A DNA stretch of 63,871 nucleotides, filler included, from Octopus bimaculoides (Eukaryota): assembly GCF_001194135.2 (NCBI RefSeq). It is 8 parts of 8 records of this genome, joined end to end, with 100 filler letters (N's around TTAATTAATTAA, not from the genome) between each part and the next. Parts side by side here need not be neighbours in the genome. Positions count along the whole stretch, not along the records: positions 1 to 15,758 come from NC_068982.1; 7 more parts are not named here. One strand, given 5' to 3'. Made by a program: the position numbers and the translations under genes. This document shows positions 1-14,500 of the stretch, piece by piece (the stretch's first letter is position 1; the number at the start of each line of letters is the position of its first letter). The notes under the pieces are model-generated. The model was given only the letters and a program-made list of their open reading frames with translations. It made no database searches and was not told the origin of the DNA.

Positions 1-74
1 TATATCTATATATATATAAGAGATATTTTGTTTGTCCAGCAAAAGGAAAGTAAATGTTTCATAAGAAGCTATTA

Positions 75-2410
75 AGCTATTGCCTAATTTGTCTCGCCAA
101 AAATTATTCAATGGTCCAACACTAATTGTGCACAGACTTATGATGAACTGCATTGAGGCAAATATTCTCACTGGCTGTCGTAAAGGTGAGACCGTCTTCA
201 TTTCTCGCATATCAGTTATACCATCTAATGTCCCATTCCAATTCAATCGGTTACAGTCTTCTATCCCACTTTCTTTTGCCAGGAGGAGCATTACTAAAAG
301 TCAGGGCCAAACACTAAAAGTTGATGGACTGCAACTTCAAGAACCATGCTTTTCACATGGTCAACTTTATGTAGGAGCATCACGTGTGGAAGCTGCTTAA
401 TTTGTCTCAAGAAAAATTATGCAATCCTACAACACTAATTGTGCATAACATTATAAGTAATTGGATTTAGGCAAATGTATCCTCAAATAAAACAAAGAAC
501 ATTGTTTATAACGAAATATTCACTCTTAGTGCAGCATGAATATTTCAATAACTTAATTTGCCATTACTATCATTACATTCTAGAATGATTAAATTACCTA
601 TTTAAATTAAGTGTATTATATAAATGCCATTACTGTATTGATAAATAAATTAACGCAAGCAACTCATTTATTATTGTCATATAATTAACAAACAGACATT
701 CGTGTATAAAATCCATCTTTTATCTACTTCAATTATTACATGTTTTTTCTTATAAAATATACACATACAGGAGGAGTAAATCTAAATCTGTAGTCGTAGT
801 TTCACTCTGGTTCAGATTCGACACTGAATCTTTCAGTTCTCCTTTAGCATGCAGCCTATTCAAATGTCAAAAAAGAAACTGTGACAAATGGGTCTTCCAC
901 CACTTGGCCTGTGGATTTGTTGTTGACATTTATGCCATGTTTGAATCAGAAAGACTCACCTATGTAAGAACACACCAAAAACAACTTTGGGTTGCTTCAT
1001 ACATTCATTTACAACACAGTAGAAGCAATGATGTGTATGGAAATAATCTGCAGCAGTTGTGCATCCTTCCATTGAGCTTCACAAATGGACCCCCGCTATA
1101 TGCATGAAAGAACACAAGATGCCATGACATATGTGCAAAAATATGGTAGACCAGATTTTTATATGTAACCAGAAAATACCTGAAATGCAAAAGGATCTCT
1201 TTCTTGATCAACAAGCGCACGTAGGTATGATGATCTCATTGCATTGGTTTTTCACTTACATTTAAATAAGATAATGCACCTTTTTTCAAATTCGTATATC
1301 TCTGGGTAAGTTCGCTGTTTTATGTATACAGTGGAATAACAGAAAAGGAGGTTACCGCATGCCTATATTTTACTTTGACTATGGACAAAAATAAAGTCAA
1401 ATCAACTGATTTTATAATTCCGGCCGAAATTCCTGATTCTGCTATTGATCAGACACTCTATGACATCATAGCATCTCACATGAAAATAGTAACATTACTA
1501 TCAGGAGGTCGGAATGCCCATTCAACATTCAAGTAACCATTAGATATATTTATCTAACAAAGAAGATCCAGTTTGTAATATATCTAAAAATTCTGGAATG
1601 GGTAGACTAATAGAACGATGTCACATAATTGTACCATGGCCCAGAAAAATCTTTTGAAACTGTGGACAGAACATTACGAGACATTAGAAATTGTAATCCC
1701 ATCATGGGAAATGTCACAGTACTATTCTCAGGAGACATCCGACAAAATCTACAAGCTGTTCCAAGAAGAACAACAGTAGATGAGCTCAATGCTTCAATAA
1801 GGTTTTCGGTTTTATGGCCTCATATAAAAACAGTTGAAGTTTCGATAAATGTGAGATCGAGGCTTTCAAGAGAGCAATCTGCTGAACTATTTGCAGAGCG
1901 GCGTTTGACATTCGGTGACGTGTGATTTCCAATTGATAAAAGACATTTTCTTACACTCGATCTAATATGTAATTTAACAGGTTCCGTCGATAATTTTGGT
2001 AGATAAAATATTTCCTAATCTTCTTCATAATTACAATACAGATTGTATCTGTAAGCGACCTATCCTGGCTCCAAAAAATAGTGCTGTACATAACATTAAT
2101 CATATGCTATTGAATAAACTTCCAGAAGAAATATTCACTTGTTACTCAATTGAAAAGCTTGTTGATGATCAGAATATTGTCGAATAACCCATCGAATTTT
2201 TGAACTCACTAGAACCACCAGGTTCAGCTCCTCATTGTCTTCAGCTGAAACAATAGACTCCTGTTATGCTATTGCGTAATGTCTCAACAAAAATTATGCA
2301 CTGGTACAAGATTCACAAACTTATGACGAACTGCATTGATGCAAATATTTTCACTGCTTGCTGTAAAGGTGACACTGTCTTCATTCTTCGCATACCAGTT
2401 ATACCATCCT
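75..2410 (+). mobile_element. Decayed Helitron Rep/PIF1-helicase fragments (at least two copies or pieces)
   Basis: 80-400 reads ...ITKSQGQTLKVDGLQLQEPCFSHGQLYVGASRV (PIF1 C-terminal motifs), with TKNIVYNEIF near 500-530. 904-1107 reads VDIYAMFESERLTYVRTHQKQL...ILPLSFT (Rep). 1322-1378 reads MYTVE*QKRRLPHAYILL (degenerate HUH motif). 1501 SGGRNAHSTFK, 1629-1925 VLFSGDIRQNLQAVPR, 1996-2187 ILAPKN and about 2190 PIEFLNSLEPPG are helicase motifs. Many stops and frameshifts. Confidence 0.9.
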
Positions 2411-2800
2411 TTCGTCCTGAAATCAAAGATAGCTTTTTTTATTCTAGCACTGTCGTGAATAACTGGTTGACTGATAACATCCAAGCTTCACTTCTAGTTT
2501 GTCAACAGTTACGATGGGATTTTATTCCACCGGGCTTTGCATGACGTCTCCATCGAACTCTACAGATCTTCTAAGACGAGGCTCGTCTTTTAGGCTGTAG
2601 GTTCCGGCTCGGAATTTCTGGAACCACTTTTGACACTGGCTTACGCCTACTACTCGATCCCCATTTACTGCATTAATATTCTTCGAACTTTCCGTTGCGT
2701 CGTTGCTTTTTTCGCAAGTTGATGCAGGTAGTTTACCCTGTCTCACTCCAACTTTTAGTTCATGCAATTGAAAACACCGCATTATTTATGAAATGACTCA
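2411..2800 (-). mobile_element. Mariner transposase N-terminal relic
   Basis: ORF 2522-2782 contains NDATESSKNINAVNGDRVVGVSQCQKWFQKFRAGTYSLKDEPR, the mariner HTH region. Its end sequence (2718-2798) matches 11380-11458. Confidence 0.85.
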
Positions 2801-3542
2801 ATATATATATATGTGTGTATGAGTGCCTGTGCGTGTGTGTGTGTGTGTGTATGTGTGTCTGTGTGCGTGTGTGTGCATGCCTGTATGTAACTATGTGTGT
2901 GTCTTTGTGTCTGTGTTTGTCCTTCAGCACCGTTTGACAATCGGTGTTAGTGTGCTTACGTCCACGTAACTTATTAGTTCAGCAAAAGAGGCCGATAGAA
3001 CAAATACTAGGTTTAAGAAATAAGTTGACCTCGGCGGAATTTGAACTCAGAATGTAGCGACAATGTTATGCATATATATATATATATATATATATCATAG
3101 CATATATTATTTATATATAGCTATATGTGTGCATTTACTTATGTATGAATGTATGCCTGTATGCATACATGTATGTTTGTATACGCTACAGGCCCAACGT
3201 CATAACCGGAGGTCAGAAAGTTATCCGTTATATCCAATACATGCGCATCTACAGTTAAACTGAAATCAGTTCAATTAGGACGGATGCACATGGATGCAAC
3301 TATGGTTGGGAGGATTTCTTGACCAAATTAGGACCTGCCTTTTTTTCATAAAAAATTGAAATTTGCACATTTTGTTTCACACATAGCACATATCTAAAAC
3401 TACATGATCTCTCATCTCCATTCTATTTTAAGATGCTAGAAAATAATTTAAAGAGATTTTTATCGTTTTCCTATTTGGTACAATGACAGTAAACTACATT
3501 TGTTACTCGAAGAAATAGGTTTATTATTCTGTGTGTGTGTGC

Positions 3543-3600
<58 letters not shown>

Positions 3601-4542
3601 NNNNNNNNNNNNNNNNNNNNNNNNNNNNNNNNNNNNNNNNNNNNNNNNNNNNNNNNNNNNNNNNNNNNNNNNNNNNNNNNNNNNNNNNNNNNNNNNNNNN
3701 NNNNNNNNNNNNNNNNNNNNNNNNNNNNNNNNNNNNNNNNNNNNNNNNNNNNNNNNNNNNNNNNNNNNNNNNNNNNNNNNNNNNNNNNNNNNNNNNNNNN
3801 NNNNNNNNNNNNNNNNNNNNNNNNNNNNNNNNNNNNNNNNNNNNNNNNNNNNNNNNNNNNNNNNNNNNNNNNNNNNNNNNNNNNNNNNNNNNNNNNNNNN
3901 NNNNNNNNNNNNNNNNNNNNNNNNNNNNNNNNNNNNNNNNNNNNNNNNNNNNNNNNNNNNNNNNNNNNNNNNNNNNNNNNNNNNNNNNNNNNNNNNNNNN
4001 NNNNNNNNNNNNNNNNNNNNNNNNNNNNNNNNNNNNNNNNNNNNNNNNNNNNNNNNNNNTATATATATATATATATATATACATACACATATGTGTGCTT
4101 GCATACAGGATACCAAAAGTGTACGTACGCCGCTATATGTATATGTATATAAAACAAAACAGGAGGAACATAGGAGATGAATGTCATGGAAAGGAATATA
4201 AGAGATGCTACACGGATGGTAGTCGAACTAAGAAAGGAAGGCCCTGATATTTGTATTTCTAACTGTGTCCCATTTCATTGTGTTTCTTTCTTCGTCCTTG
4301 TTTTTGTATGCTTTCGCTTGCTTTCTTCCAAAGAATCTAATGCTCTTAGCTTAGATTTTCTTGGGACCGACCAAATTAGAGCAGTCTCGAGAGTAACCGG
4401 TCGAAACTGCTAAGATGATGTAGTACTCGACTGAAGATTGAAAACTCCGAATGACCCGTTCTCGTTTTTTCCTGTCCTTTTTATGTATCGTCTAACTGTC
4501 CGAATGTTTTGTTATCGCATGTTACGTTCTTGTTCCATGTGT

Positions 4543-4582
<40 letters not shown>

Positions 4583-6829
4583 NNNNNNNNNNACTTCCGG
4601 GCATTCGCTACATCTGTCTGTCTTCGGACTGCTCTGGGGCCAACCGGATTTTCGCCTTCACCATGAACACCAATTATTCTTCCCGGTACATCCTTTGCGC
4701 CACATGGGCTCAACTCACTTTTTCTCTTCATGTGTCACCAACCGTACACGGATTCCCACACACCTCACACATTCAACTGCACTCTCCACTTACACACCTG
4801 CATACCACCCACCTTGGTACCCTCACCCCACATACCACTATAAGAACACACACATAATACCTGAACACAGACAATATATATATACACACACAGACAACAA
4901 ACATAGGCAAACATATCTTACGCCCACAAGCATACACAATACACATGAACACTATTTCGTCAGACATACATACACATATGCACACACAACCTAAACAAGC
5001 ACACATCAACTGATACACACAGCATACACACACAAACACACACACACAAACAAACACCAGCATACACAAACACACACACACATACACGCTAGACTCACTT
5101 GCTCCCCACATAGACATACATGCATGCGCAACTTAGTTCGTTGGGAGTCACTATTACTGTTTTTACAATTATGTCCCTTTCAATATCTTTATCTCCCACA
5201 TTATCACGCTTTCATTCAACCTCTTTTTTTCCCAGTATTTCGCCATGCTGGACTGCTAGACTGCTCAACTCTACATCGTATTTCTCTCTCCGTCTTTTTC
5301 TTTCTCTCACCATCTTTTCATCTTAATCCTTTCTCTGGAAGAGCGTAGTCTGAAAGCATACATTTTTTTTCCATCTTTCCCGAGATTTAAACTAATACAC
5401 CTGCTTGCTGTTCCTATACATGTCTTCGTCTTTTGTTTTCTGTAAATTTGAACTATATGTATATATATATATATATGCTAAAATTTTCCTGAGAGATTCA
5501 TATCGCATTAGACACTTTTATGGGGTAAAACAGTCATAAGGAAACAGTTTCAGCATCAACATGATGATTCTTTGTGGTATTATTTATAACTATAATTTAG
5601 ATTGTAAGAAACAGTTAGAACCCCGACATTTTGTGTTATCATCCACATAGAAACCGATTCTTCGCTAAGCAACTGCGGGTACATTAACGGCTACTGTGCA
5701 GTTTCTGCAAAGATTCAAAGGCTTCACCAATACAAGAAACATTCTTTCTGAATTCGAGGCTGACACGAAATTATTTTATTTTGTTGACTGAAATAATACT
5801 CACTCCAGTTTACTTTTGCAACTGTTCCTGCGGACCTGAAAAGACAGCGCTTATCATGGACTCTATGACTGGTGGTTGGAAGGGGTCGAGTTATACTCAA
5901 ATTAAATGCATGGTCTGAACAATTGCACGGAAGGCAGAGTCCGCTAAATGCACACGAAAGTAGATGAAAGAATTAATCTGGTGGACTTATGGAGTCTAAC
6001 ACACCGATTTAACATCAAACGACTTCCTTGCTGCAGTGATGGTGAGTGGGTTAGTGGTTAGGGTATTCGGCTCACTGTCGTAATGTCGTGAGTTCAAATC
6101 CTGGCTACGCACAGTGTCCTTGAGTAAGACGCTTTATTTCACGTGGCTCCATCCCATTCAACTGGCGAAAATCAGTAGTACTGTGTCACGCTCTATCTCC
6201 CAGACAACTACGTTAAGAGTACAGTGTCTGTGGTGTGCTCAGCCACTTGCACGTTAATTTCACGACGGCGTGCCGCATTTCTTTAGTGCTACAAATATAC
6301 AAAATGATAGGAAAGACATTTTAAATTACAAATTATTATTAATATACATGATTTTCAATGCATATAACATATAATATAAATAAATCTACATTATAACTGC
6401 GTGCGCTTACTTGAATGTTTGTTTCAATAAGCGTATATATTAGCGTTGCTGTAAGTGTATTTAATATGAAAAAAATATTGTTTTGAGTGAGATAATGGAT
6501 GATGATCAACATAAATAAACTTAAGTGTATTTACATGTACATTAATATTGGCTATATGTTTGGAGATATTCCATCAGCTTTCATTCGTTTCTGCATTTAT
6601 TCTTTAGATCTTTCATATTCTGCGAAATAGTTGTGCATATAAATGTGTCTGGCAATAGGTGTTCTTGCATTTGTATGAACGTAACCATGTCAAAGTTTTG
6701 TGATTTAATAGACGAAGTCTAATATATTTCCATAATAGTTTTGAATAGGGTATTTGTATAACTTAAACTTCTGAAAAACTAACTGAATAGAATATGTAGA
6801 TGTATATATGTAGGTACATACTTATGTCT

Positions 6830-6882
6830 GTCTGTCTGTATATATGTATACAGGCATACACACATACACACATAAATATACA

Positions 6883-6936
<54 letters not shown>

Positions 6937-7130
6937 AATATATATATAAATTTATATACATACAATATATATATGTATGTATATGTATATACAATATATA
7001 TATATATATGTATATATATATGCATACATATATACATGCATACATACAAATATAAATACATGCATGCATGCATACACACATACATTCATACATACGTGCA
7101 TACATACATACATACATACATACATATGAA
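6830..7130. repeat. Compound microsatellite (AT/GT/ATAC)
   Basis: Directly visible. Similar compound tracts lie at 2800-2890, 3540-3600, 10330-10440, 11520-11650, 12860-13150, 15030-15125, 21590-21960, 56420-56522 and 60790-60980. Confidence 0.95.
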
Positions 7131-8090
7131 GACAGACAAAGGTATAATTGTATAGATAGAATTATGATTTAATAAATGCACTTGAATCAGCATTTTATTA
7201 AAATAGAGCAAGTATAAGATTTATATTTTTATTATATTTATAAATGTAGTATAGCACTAACGATATGCTGTTGCACAAACACGCATACACACACAAGCGC
7301 GCGCACATACACGCTCACACATGCACACATATATATATTTATAAAATTCCACATACATATTGTGAGATGGACACTCATATACCCTCATGTATATATTGAT
7401 TACATATTTACCCATATATGTATATANNNNNNNNNNNNNNNNNNNNNNNNNNNNNNNNNNNNNNNNNNNNNNNNNNNNNNNNNNNNNNNNNNNNNNNNNN
7501 NNNNNNNNNNNNNNNNNNNNNNNNNNNNNNNNNNNNNNNNNNNNNNNNNNNNNNNNNNNNNNNNNNNNNNNNNNNNNNNNNNNNNNNNNNNNNNNNNNNN
7601 NNNNNNNNNNNNNNNNNNNNNNNNNNNNNNNNNNNNNNNNNNNNNNNNNNNNNNNNNNNNNNNNNNNNNNNNNNNNNNNNNNNNNNNNNNNNNNNNNNNN
7701 NNNNNNNNNNNNNNNNNNNNNNNNNNNNNNNNNNNNNNNNNNNNNNNNNNNNNNNNNNNNNNNNNNNNNNNNNNNNNNNNNNNNNNNNNNNNNNNNNNNN
7801 NNNNNNNNNNNNNNNNNNNNNNNNNNNNNNNNNNNNNNNNNNNNNNNNNNNNNNNNNNNNNNNNNNNNNNNNNNNNNNNNNNNNNNNNNNNNNNNNNNNN
7901 NNNNNNNNNNNNNNNNNNNNNNNNNNNNNNNNNNNNNNNNNNNNNNNNNNNNNNNNNNNNNNNNNNNNNNNNNNNNNNNNNNNNNNNNNNNNNNNNNNNN
8001 NNNNNNNNNNNNNNNNNNNNNNNNNNNNNNNNNNNNNNNNNNNNNNNNNNNNNNNNNNNNNNNNNNNNNNNNNNNNNNNNNNNNNNNNNN

Positions 8091-8127
<37 letters not shown>

Positions 8128-8506
8128 GTTAGTCTTTGTATTATCTATATACACTCCATTTATACAAGTATATATAGGTATGTGAATATGTATGTATATA
8201 TGTATGTGTATGCGTATGTATATATATATATATATATTCATGCCTAACTCATTTGAGCGGTTAATGGTTGTCCAACCGTAGCTAAGCCAAGGCATTTTAA
8301 AACAATAGATGACCAATTAGATGAGGTACTGAACAGCAAAAAGTTACCCCTCCTCACTACCAGCAGGATTCCAAAAGAAAAATGACGGAGTAACTCACCA
8401 CAGGTTTATAGAAGTCTGGATATCATTGTAACAATTCTCACAAACTAGTTAATAAATTCCTCTATTACAACCATGACTGACACGTACGCACCTCATAGGT
8501 TTCTGA

Positions 8507-8547
<41 letters not shown>

Positions 8548-8552
8548 ATATT

Positions 8553-8583
<31 letters not shown>

Positions 8584-10332
8584 CTATAGTTTTAAGGAAA
8601 AGAACCAAGGTTCATGAACTCATCGATGAAAATCCACTGTCACATATAGAAAAATTAATAAGTAAAAGCACAATAAATAAGTATGATATAAGACAAAGTA
8701 AAAATCATAAGATAATGATAATAAAACGACTACACGTATTTCATAACAAATTTTCAAATAGAAAGAATATTTAAATCGATTAAAACTATCGAAAATCAAT
8801 TCTACTCAAAAATATAGCTAATCTTCAGGTCAAAATACAACACTAATAATAATAAAAGAATGTATATAACAACCAACAATAAATAACAAATGAATGTATA
8901 TAAAATACTTATTATATTAAGATAGAAAAATATTATTAAAAATATCAAAATTATAAACGTTTCATAATCAACCCGACGTCTATTATAATACAAGTTAACA
9001 GGAAAATTATATGCAAAAACAAACTTTAACGAATCTTTCGTTTAGAATACAATTCGAACGAAGTTTTAGGTTAAAATAATAAAGATAGAAGTAGCACATA
9101 TCTAAACGTTGTATTAGTTTAAACTAAAAGATTTTAGACTAAAACGTTTATTTAAAAGAAGGCTCGTGAAAATATTGCGTAAAGAAAAAGAATAGAATAA
9201 GTAGATATAAAAACATAAATGAAAATTTTCTTATTAATGAAAGATTAAACTTTATATAACTTAAGTCATATTAAAACAATTAACTATATTGTATAACGAA
9301 AAAATTAAATAGTTACTTATCCCATAAAATAAAAAGAAATATTAAACAGTATTAATGGGAAAAATACAATCCTAATCTAATCGAAGTCTTAGTTTAGGCT
9401 AAAATGATAACCTTACTACTAATTAGTTAAGTGTTAAAAAAGGTGTCGACTAAAATTATCATTAAAAATCAATTGAATTCATATAAAAATACATATTTTT
9501 TTCAAACAATGATATAAATTCATTTAACAAAGGTAAAAACGATACTTATCGCTACACTGCTGCAGTTTAAACTAAAAATTTAGACGTTAAACTCAGAACT
9601 AGAGCGTTTATTAGAAAGAGGTCGCGTGAAGATATTACGTTAAGAAAAAGAATAGAATAAAGAGATATAAAAACATAAATGAAAGAATTATTTATAAAAT
9701 CATGAAGGAAAGATTTAAACTTTATATAACTTACATCGTAATAAAACAATTAGCTATATTGTAAAACATTTTAATGAACTTTAAATTCTAATTAATTATA
9801 AATTTTAAATAATAAGACTGTTGTACCACTATCCCACATCTATACTTTAACCTGGTGGAAGCAATGCTGGTGTATTGCACTATTTAATTCTTTCCTTCAT
9901 ATGTGTGTGTATATATATATATATGGAATGAAATCTTGATATGTTATCATGAAATTGTAATATGGTCACTAGCTATTTATTCATGACTAGTATTGCCGAT
10001 GTTATCTCTATAGATGACACTGGCAAAGCCAAATGTTATGTAATAAACTTTATTCGCTGACTGAACACACATATAACACTTGTATGTTCTGAAAATGTAA
10101 CTTTCCCAAATAAAGTGCGCGTCATATTCAGGCTCTAAAGCGGCTATAGGACGTGATACTTTACATCGTATAGCAGAAATAGCTGCAGGCGAATGAAGTC
10201 CATTACATAGCATGTGGCTTTTCTGGTGTCTTGTCTTTGCTTTCTATACTCAATATTTTTCTGGACTACACGTATATTGACATCTACAGCAGGTTATTAA
10301 TCTCGCTATGCCTATGGTAAATATTAACATAC

Positions 10333-10395
<63 letters not shown>

Positions 10396-10884
10396 CACAC
10401 ACACGCACACACACACACGCAAACATACACACACACACACATAAACAGAGATAAGTAAAGAAGAACATGTATTCAACGGCATTCTTTATTTCAGAACACT
10501 CCAACTGTTTTCATATCTTATTACACCCGTAGTACATTATAGTGAAATGACTGTCCAATCTACTCAAAGACTTATTCAAATGAATCACCTGAAGAAACTA
10601 CATTGTAGACCTTCGATGTAGAATAGTGATTACGCAATATGTTAATTATATTATTTCATGGAATGAACTACGAGTGTAACGAGTACGAGAATCAATGACA
10701 TGCAATAAAGAATATCATTCAAATTATTTTCCCTTATTAATCACTTTCTTTAAGCTCTACGGATACTAAGGAATTCCAGATGTATATCCGGGGACAGGAG
10801 TGTTTTCATCCTATGATGACTTTCCTTAGCGAATAACTGTGGACAAGCTTTGTGAAGCCCGCAGAATGGTATTTACCCAAATTT

Positions 10885-11460
10885 TATTCACCCATAAAGA
10901 TTGCGTTTTTTTTTATATACTTCTTTTACTTTTCAAAATTGAGATAAACAAAGTTCTTTTTTAATCTAAAATATACTCTCCTTCATTTTTTTACAATGCT
11001 CTCCCATCTATCTGGTAGACTAGCAAGGCCTCTTTTCCGAACGTCAAAAAAGACTCCTCCTGTCCTTATCTGACCTCGTCTACAGAATTCATAATAAAAG
11101 ACGAGGCTCTTCTTTTAGGCTGTAGTTTCCAGCTCGCAATTTCTGGAACCACCGCTGACACTGGCTTACACTTATTGTCCGATTTCCATATATTACATTA
11201 ATATTCCTTGCACTTTCCGTTGCGTTGTTGCATTTATTGAACTGATAAAGGAAAATATGCAAAATATGCTCCTTTGTTACTTCCATTATAGCTTTCAAAA
11301 AACTTAAAATCGAAATGCACTCTTCAAAATTGAACCAAGAATAAATACAAGGTAAAATGACTAGCTGTTTTTAAAGAAAGTTGATGCAGGTAGTTTATCT
11401 CGTTCCCATCCGATATTTACTTCATGCAATTGAAAAAGCCGCATTATTTATGGCATGACT
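10885..11460 (-). mobile_element. Internally deleted mariner element
   Basis: ORF 11089-11298 (HIFLYQFNKCNNATESARNINVIYGNRTISVSQCQRWFQKLRAGNYSLKEEPR) is joined to a C-terminal piece KRGLASLPDRWESIV...GEYILD* at about 10965-11045. Diverged inverted termini lie at about 10885-10912 and 11435-11460. Confidence 0.8.
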
Positions 11461-11533
11461 CTATATATACACGCGTGTGTGTGTGTGCGTGTAGCTATTT
11501 GCGTTCATGTGAAAATATGGATCTATATATGCT

Positions 11534-11593
<60 letters not shown>

Positions 11594-14500
11594 TGTGTCT
11601 GTGTCTGTGCGCGCGCGTGTGTGTGTGTTTGTCTCTGTGTGTATGTATGTATATATAAACTAGAAAAAATATGTTACTTGATAGAAAGAACATAGAATCA
11701 CATCACGAAACACCAACAAATGAAAATTATTTAAATGGAAATGAAAGGAATAAAAGTTGATCTAACATTTCGAACACTTTATCAATGAAAAATAAAAGTA
11801 ATATTAGTTCAAGCGAAAGACGAATGGAGACGATGTCCAGTTTGCAACTTGTTTACATTGCAAGTGTTAATGTATGATTGGTGGGTGGGGATCATAAAGT
11901 TTATAATAAGCATTATGTCGTTCTGCCAGGCTCGAAGGAAACATTGCCAAAGTAAATTGGGGTGAATAATATTAGAAACCACAATATAATACATTTACTC
12001 CACAGTCTCAAATTCAGAAAGATATCTACCCATTGCAAATTTATTGTGAAGAATAAGCCATTAGTGCATTTGTCCCACATATATTGTCATTTTTGTAGTG
12101 CTATGGGGGAAAAAAATCAGTTCTACTACAATCTTGAAATGTGTGTGGGAAAAACGAGCAGCAATAAAACATATTCGGGTTCACTACCGCATTCACTGCT
12201 AACCAACATCTTTATTAATGTCTGACTTTGGTAAAATGCCACAAATTTGAAAAGAATGAATATATTCGCTTTTCCAATATTAATATTAATAAAACTAAAT
12301 GTGAATATTATTCAATAGGCTCATGTCAGATACAGAACTCGTGCTTACTTCATGAAATATAACACGGTTATTGATTTTTACAAACATGCTTCTTCAATTT
12401 CCGCCCTATGCTTACGAATAACATCTAAACAGCTAAGAAACAAACGTTTCTAGAATATTGACCAGGAGCTATATTAATAAAGTTTCGGAACATTTATGGA
12501 GTAGACAGAAAGAATAAATACGTAAGGAAATTTTCTGTCATTGGTTAAGTTACTTGGAAACACAACAAATATATCATATTCTCAATGCATTAATAAAGAA
12601 ACGGTTCTTGAACACTCCAAACGTTAATTGTAAGGAAACGTAGCGAGGTTACATGTTCTATAGGAAAAATACACAGTCGCAATATGTTGTGAAATAAGGA
12701 CGATGATGTAAATATGAATTAGAGACCTTCTTCATACTAATGAGATACAGGTCGTCGACACTCAGAATTTACATATCAAGGTTGACACATGTTGACAGGG
12801 GGAGAAAATGACAGTCAATCAAAGCATGGTAAATTTTCCTCAAACAATAATATACACTCAAACGCAAACACATACATTCACAAACACATTCATATGTATG
12901 TGCATACCTGCGTATGCTGTACGCATGCGCGTCGTCGTTGTATACATATGTATGAGAGTGTATATATGTGTGTATGTGTATGAGTGTGTGTGTGTGAGTG
13001 TGTGTGTATGTGTATATATATATATATATGTGTGTGTATGCATGTATATATATATGTGTGTGTGTATATGTGTATTTACACATATATATATACATATATA
13101 TATTTAAATGTATATATATATATTTATGTGTGTATATATATGCGTGTATTTGTATAGATCTCTACGTCATTTTATGAAAACCTTCGACTGTTATATGCAA
13201 CGCAAACAAATAGCGTTCTTGTATACAAAAGAAAATATTATTTATAATAATTGCTACACTTCTCTGCAACATATCTTTAAAGACAGAAAAATTAGATGTT
13301 TATTCATTAGCACACATTCCCGATATTCGAAGAGATTTTTCATGATTGTAAGTTATGTATTTTGTGTGTTTAGAATAGTCAGAATATAGCCAATGCATTT
13401 GTTGAGACTTTTGAAAGGCTAGTTATAAGTTATACACAAGGCGGATAGTTATATCTAGGTAGTTAATTACTGCAACTAAAGCTGATATTTATCTTGCGTA
13501 AATATTTATATTCCTTAGTCATATAATGAGACATTAAATTTAACAAAATCAAAAGCTTTTACGAGATAGCGACAGAGGAAGCTTAGTGATAAAGGCATAG
13601 CAAATTGTGAGGATTTGCATTCATGTCTATAAGGCTTTGAACGGTGAAAGCAGATTTATTGTTAAAATTAGACTTGAAATTAAGAGGGATACTTAATCAT
13701 TTTCGATTTTTGAATGTATTATATGAGCGGTGAAGGGATGCTGTTTTGTTTTTGTACCGTACGAATGTCGTGGTTTGCTACGAATGAGAAGTATTCACTA
13801 TTAATTCATTGACCACTATAAATTTTATGGTTTCACCCATTTTTCTGTATGTAATTGTAAAATATTTTGATTTTAGTGCTTAGAATACATACAAATTTTA
13901 TCGAAACCTACCTGAAAATAGTTGGAATTTGTTCTGTCTTTCATTTTACTTTTAAGATCTTGCTCAAGAGATTTCTTTAATTTTTCGAATTCAAATTCGA
14001 ACATCAAATAGATCGTCTTCAAAGAGAGTAAGCAGACGCTTTGAAGATAGGGACTTATTGAACTGGAATCTTGAATTTTCATAGTTGTCTGTTTTCTTGT
14101 TTATCAGCACTAGTGGGATACACACCTTATAATTTTAATCACATTTTATTCATATGTATAAACATATTTCTACACACACAGGCAAATACACAAACACATA
14201 TACATGATGGCTGAAAACTCGTCTTCGAGTATTACCATCGCCTGATCGAAAGTCCTGCACATGCGAAGGCTACGACCAGTCATTTTTGTTCAAGCTACGC
14301 CTGTGCATGATGATTTCTTTTTATAGTTCTGGAAGGGAATTGTTGGACACATAGCGGGACGAAAAATAAGACCTGTCGGAGGGTGGAGGAGCTCACAAGC
14401 AGTCAACGGGCATAGAATATTATGTTTACATGTATATGTATGCATGTATGCATGTATGCATGTGCTGATACATACAAATACCCGGGTTGGTGTCCAGGCA

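Noticed and set aside
6330-6780. Further GPCR-like remnants (minus strand, ILNTLTATLIYTL); similar impressions at 9977-10213 and 63600-63870
   Set aside because: No diagnostic motif is intact. Hydrophobic translations are expected from AT-rich DNA.
8600-9810. NUMT (mitochondrial rRNA insertion) as the explanation of the AT island
   Set aside because: I could not find conserved 12S/16S motifs or mitochondrial protein frames. BLAST would be needed to exclude it formally.
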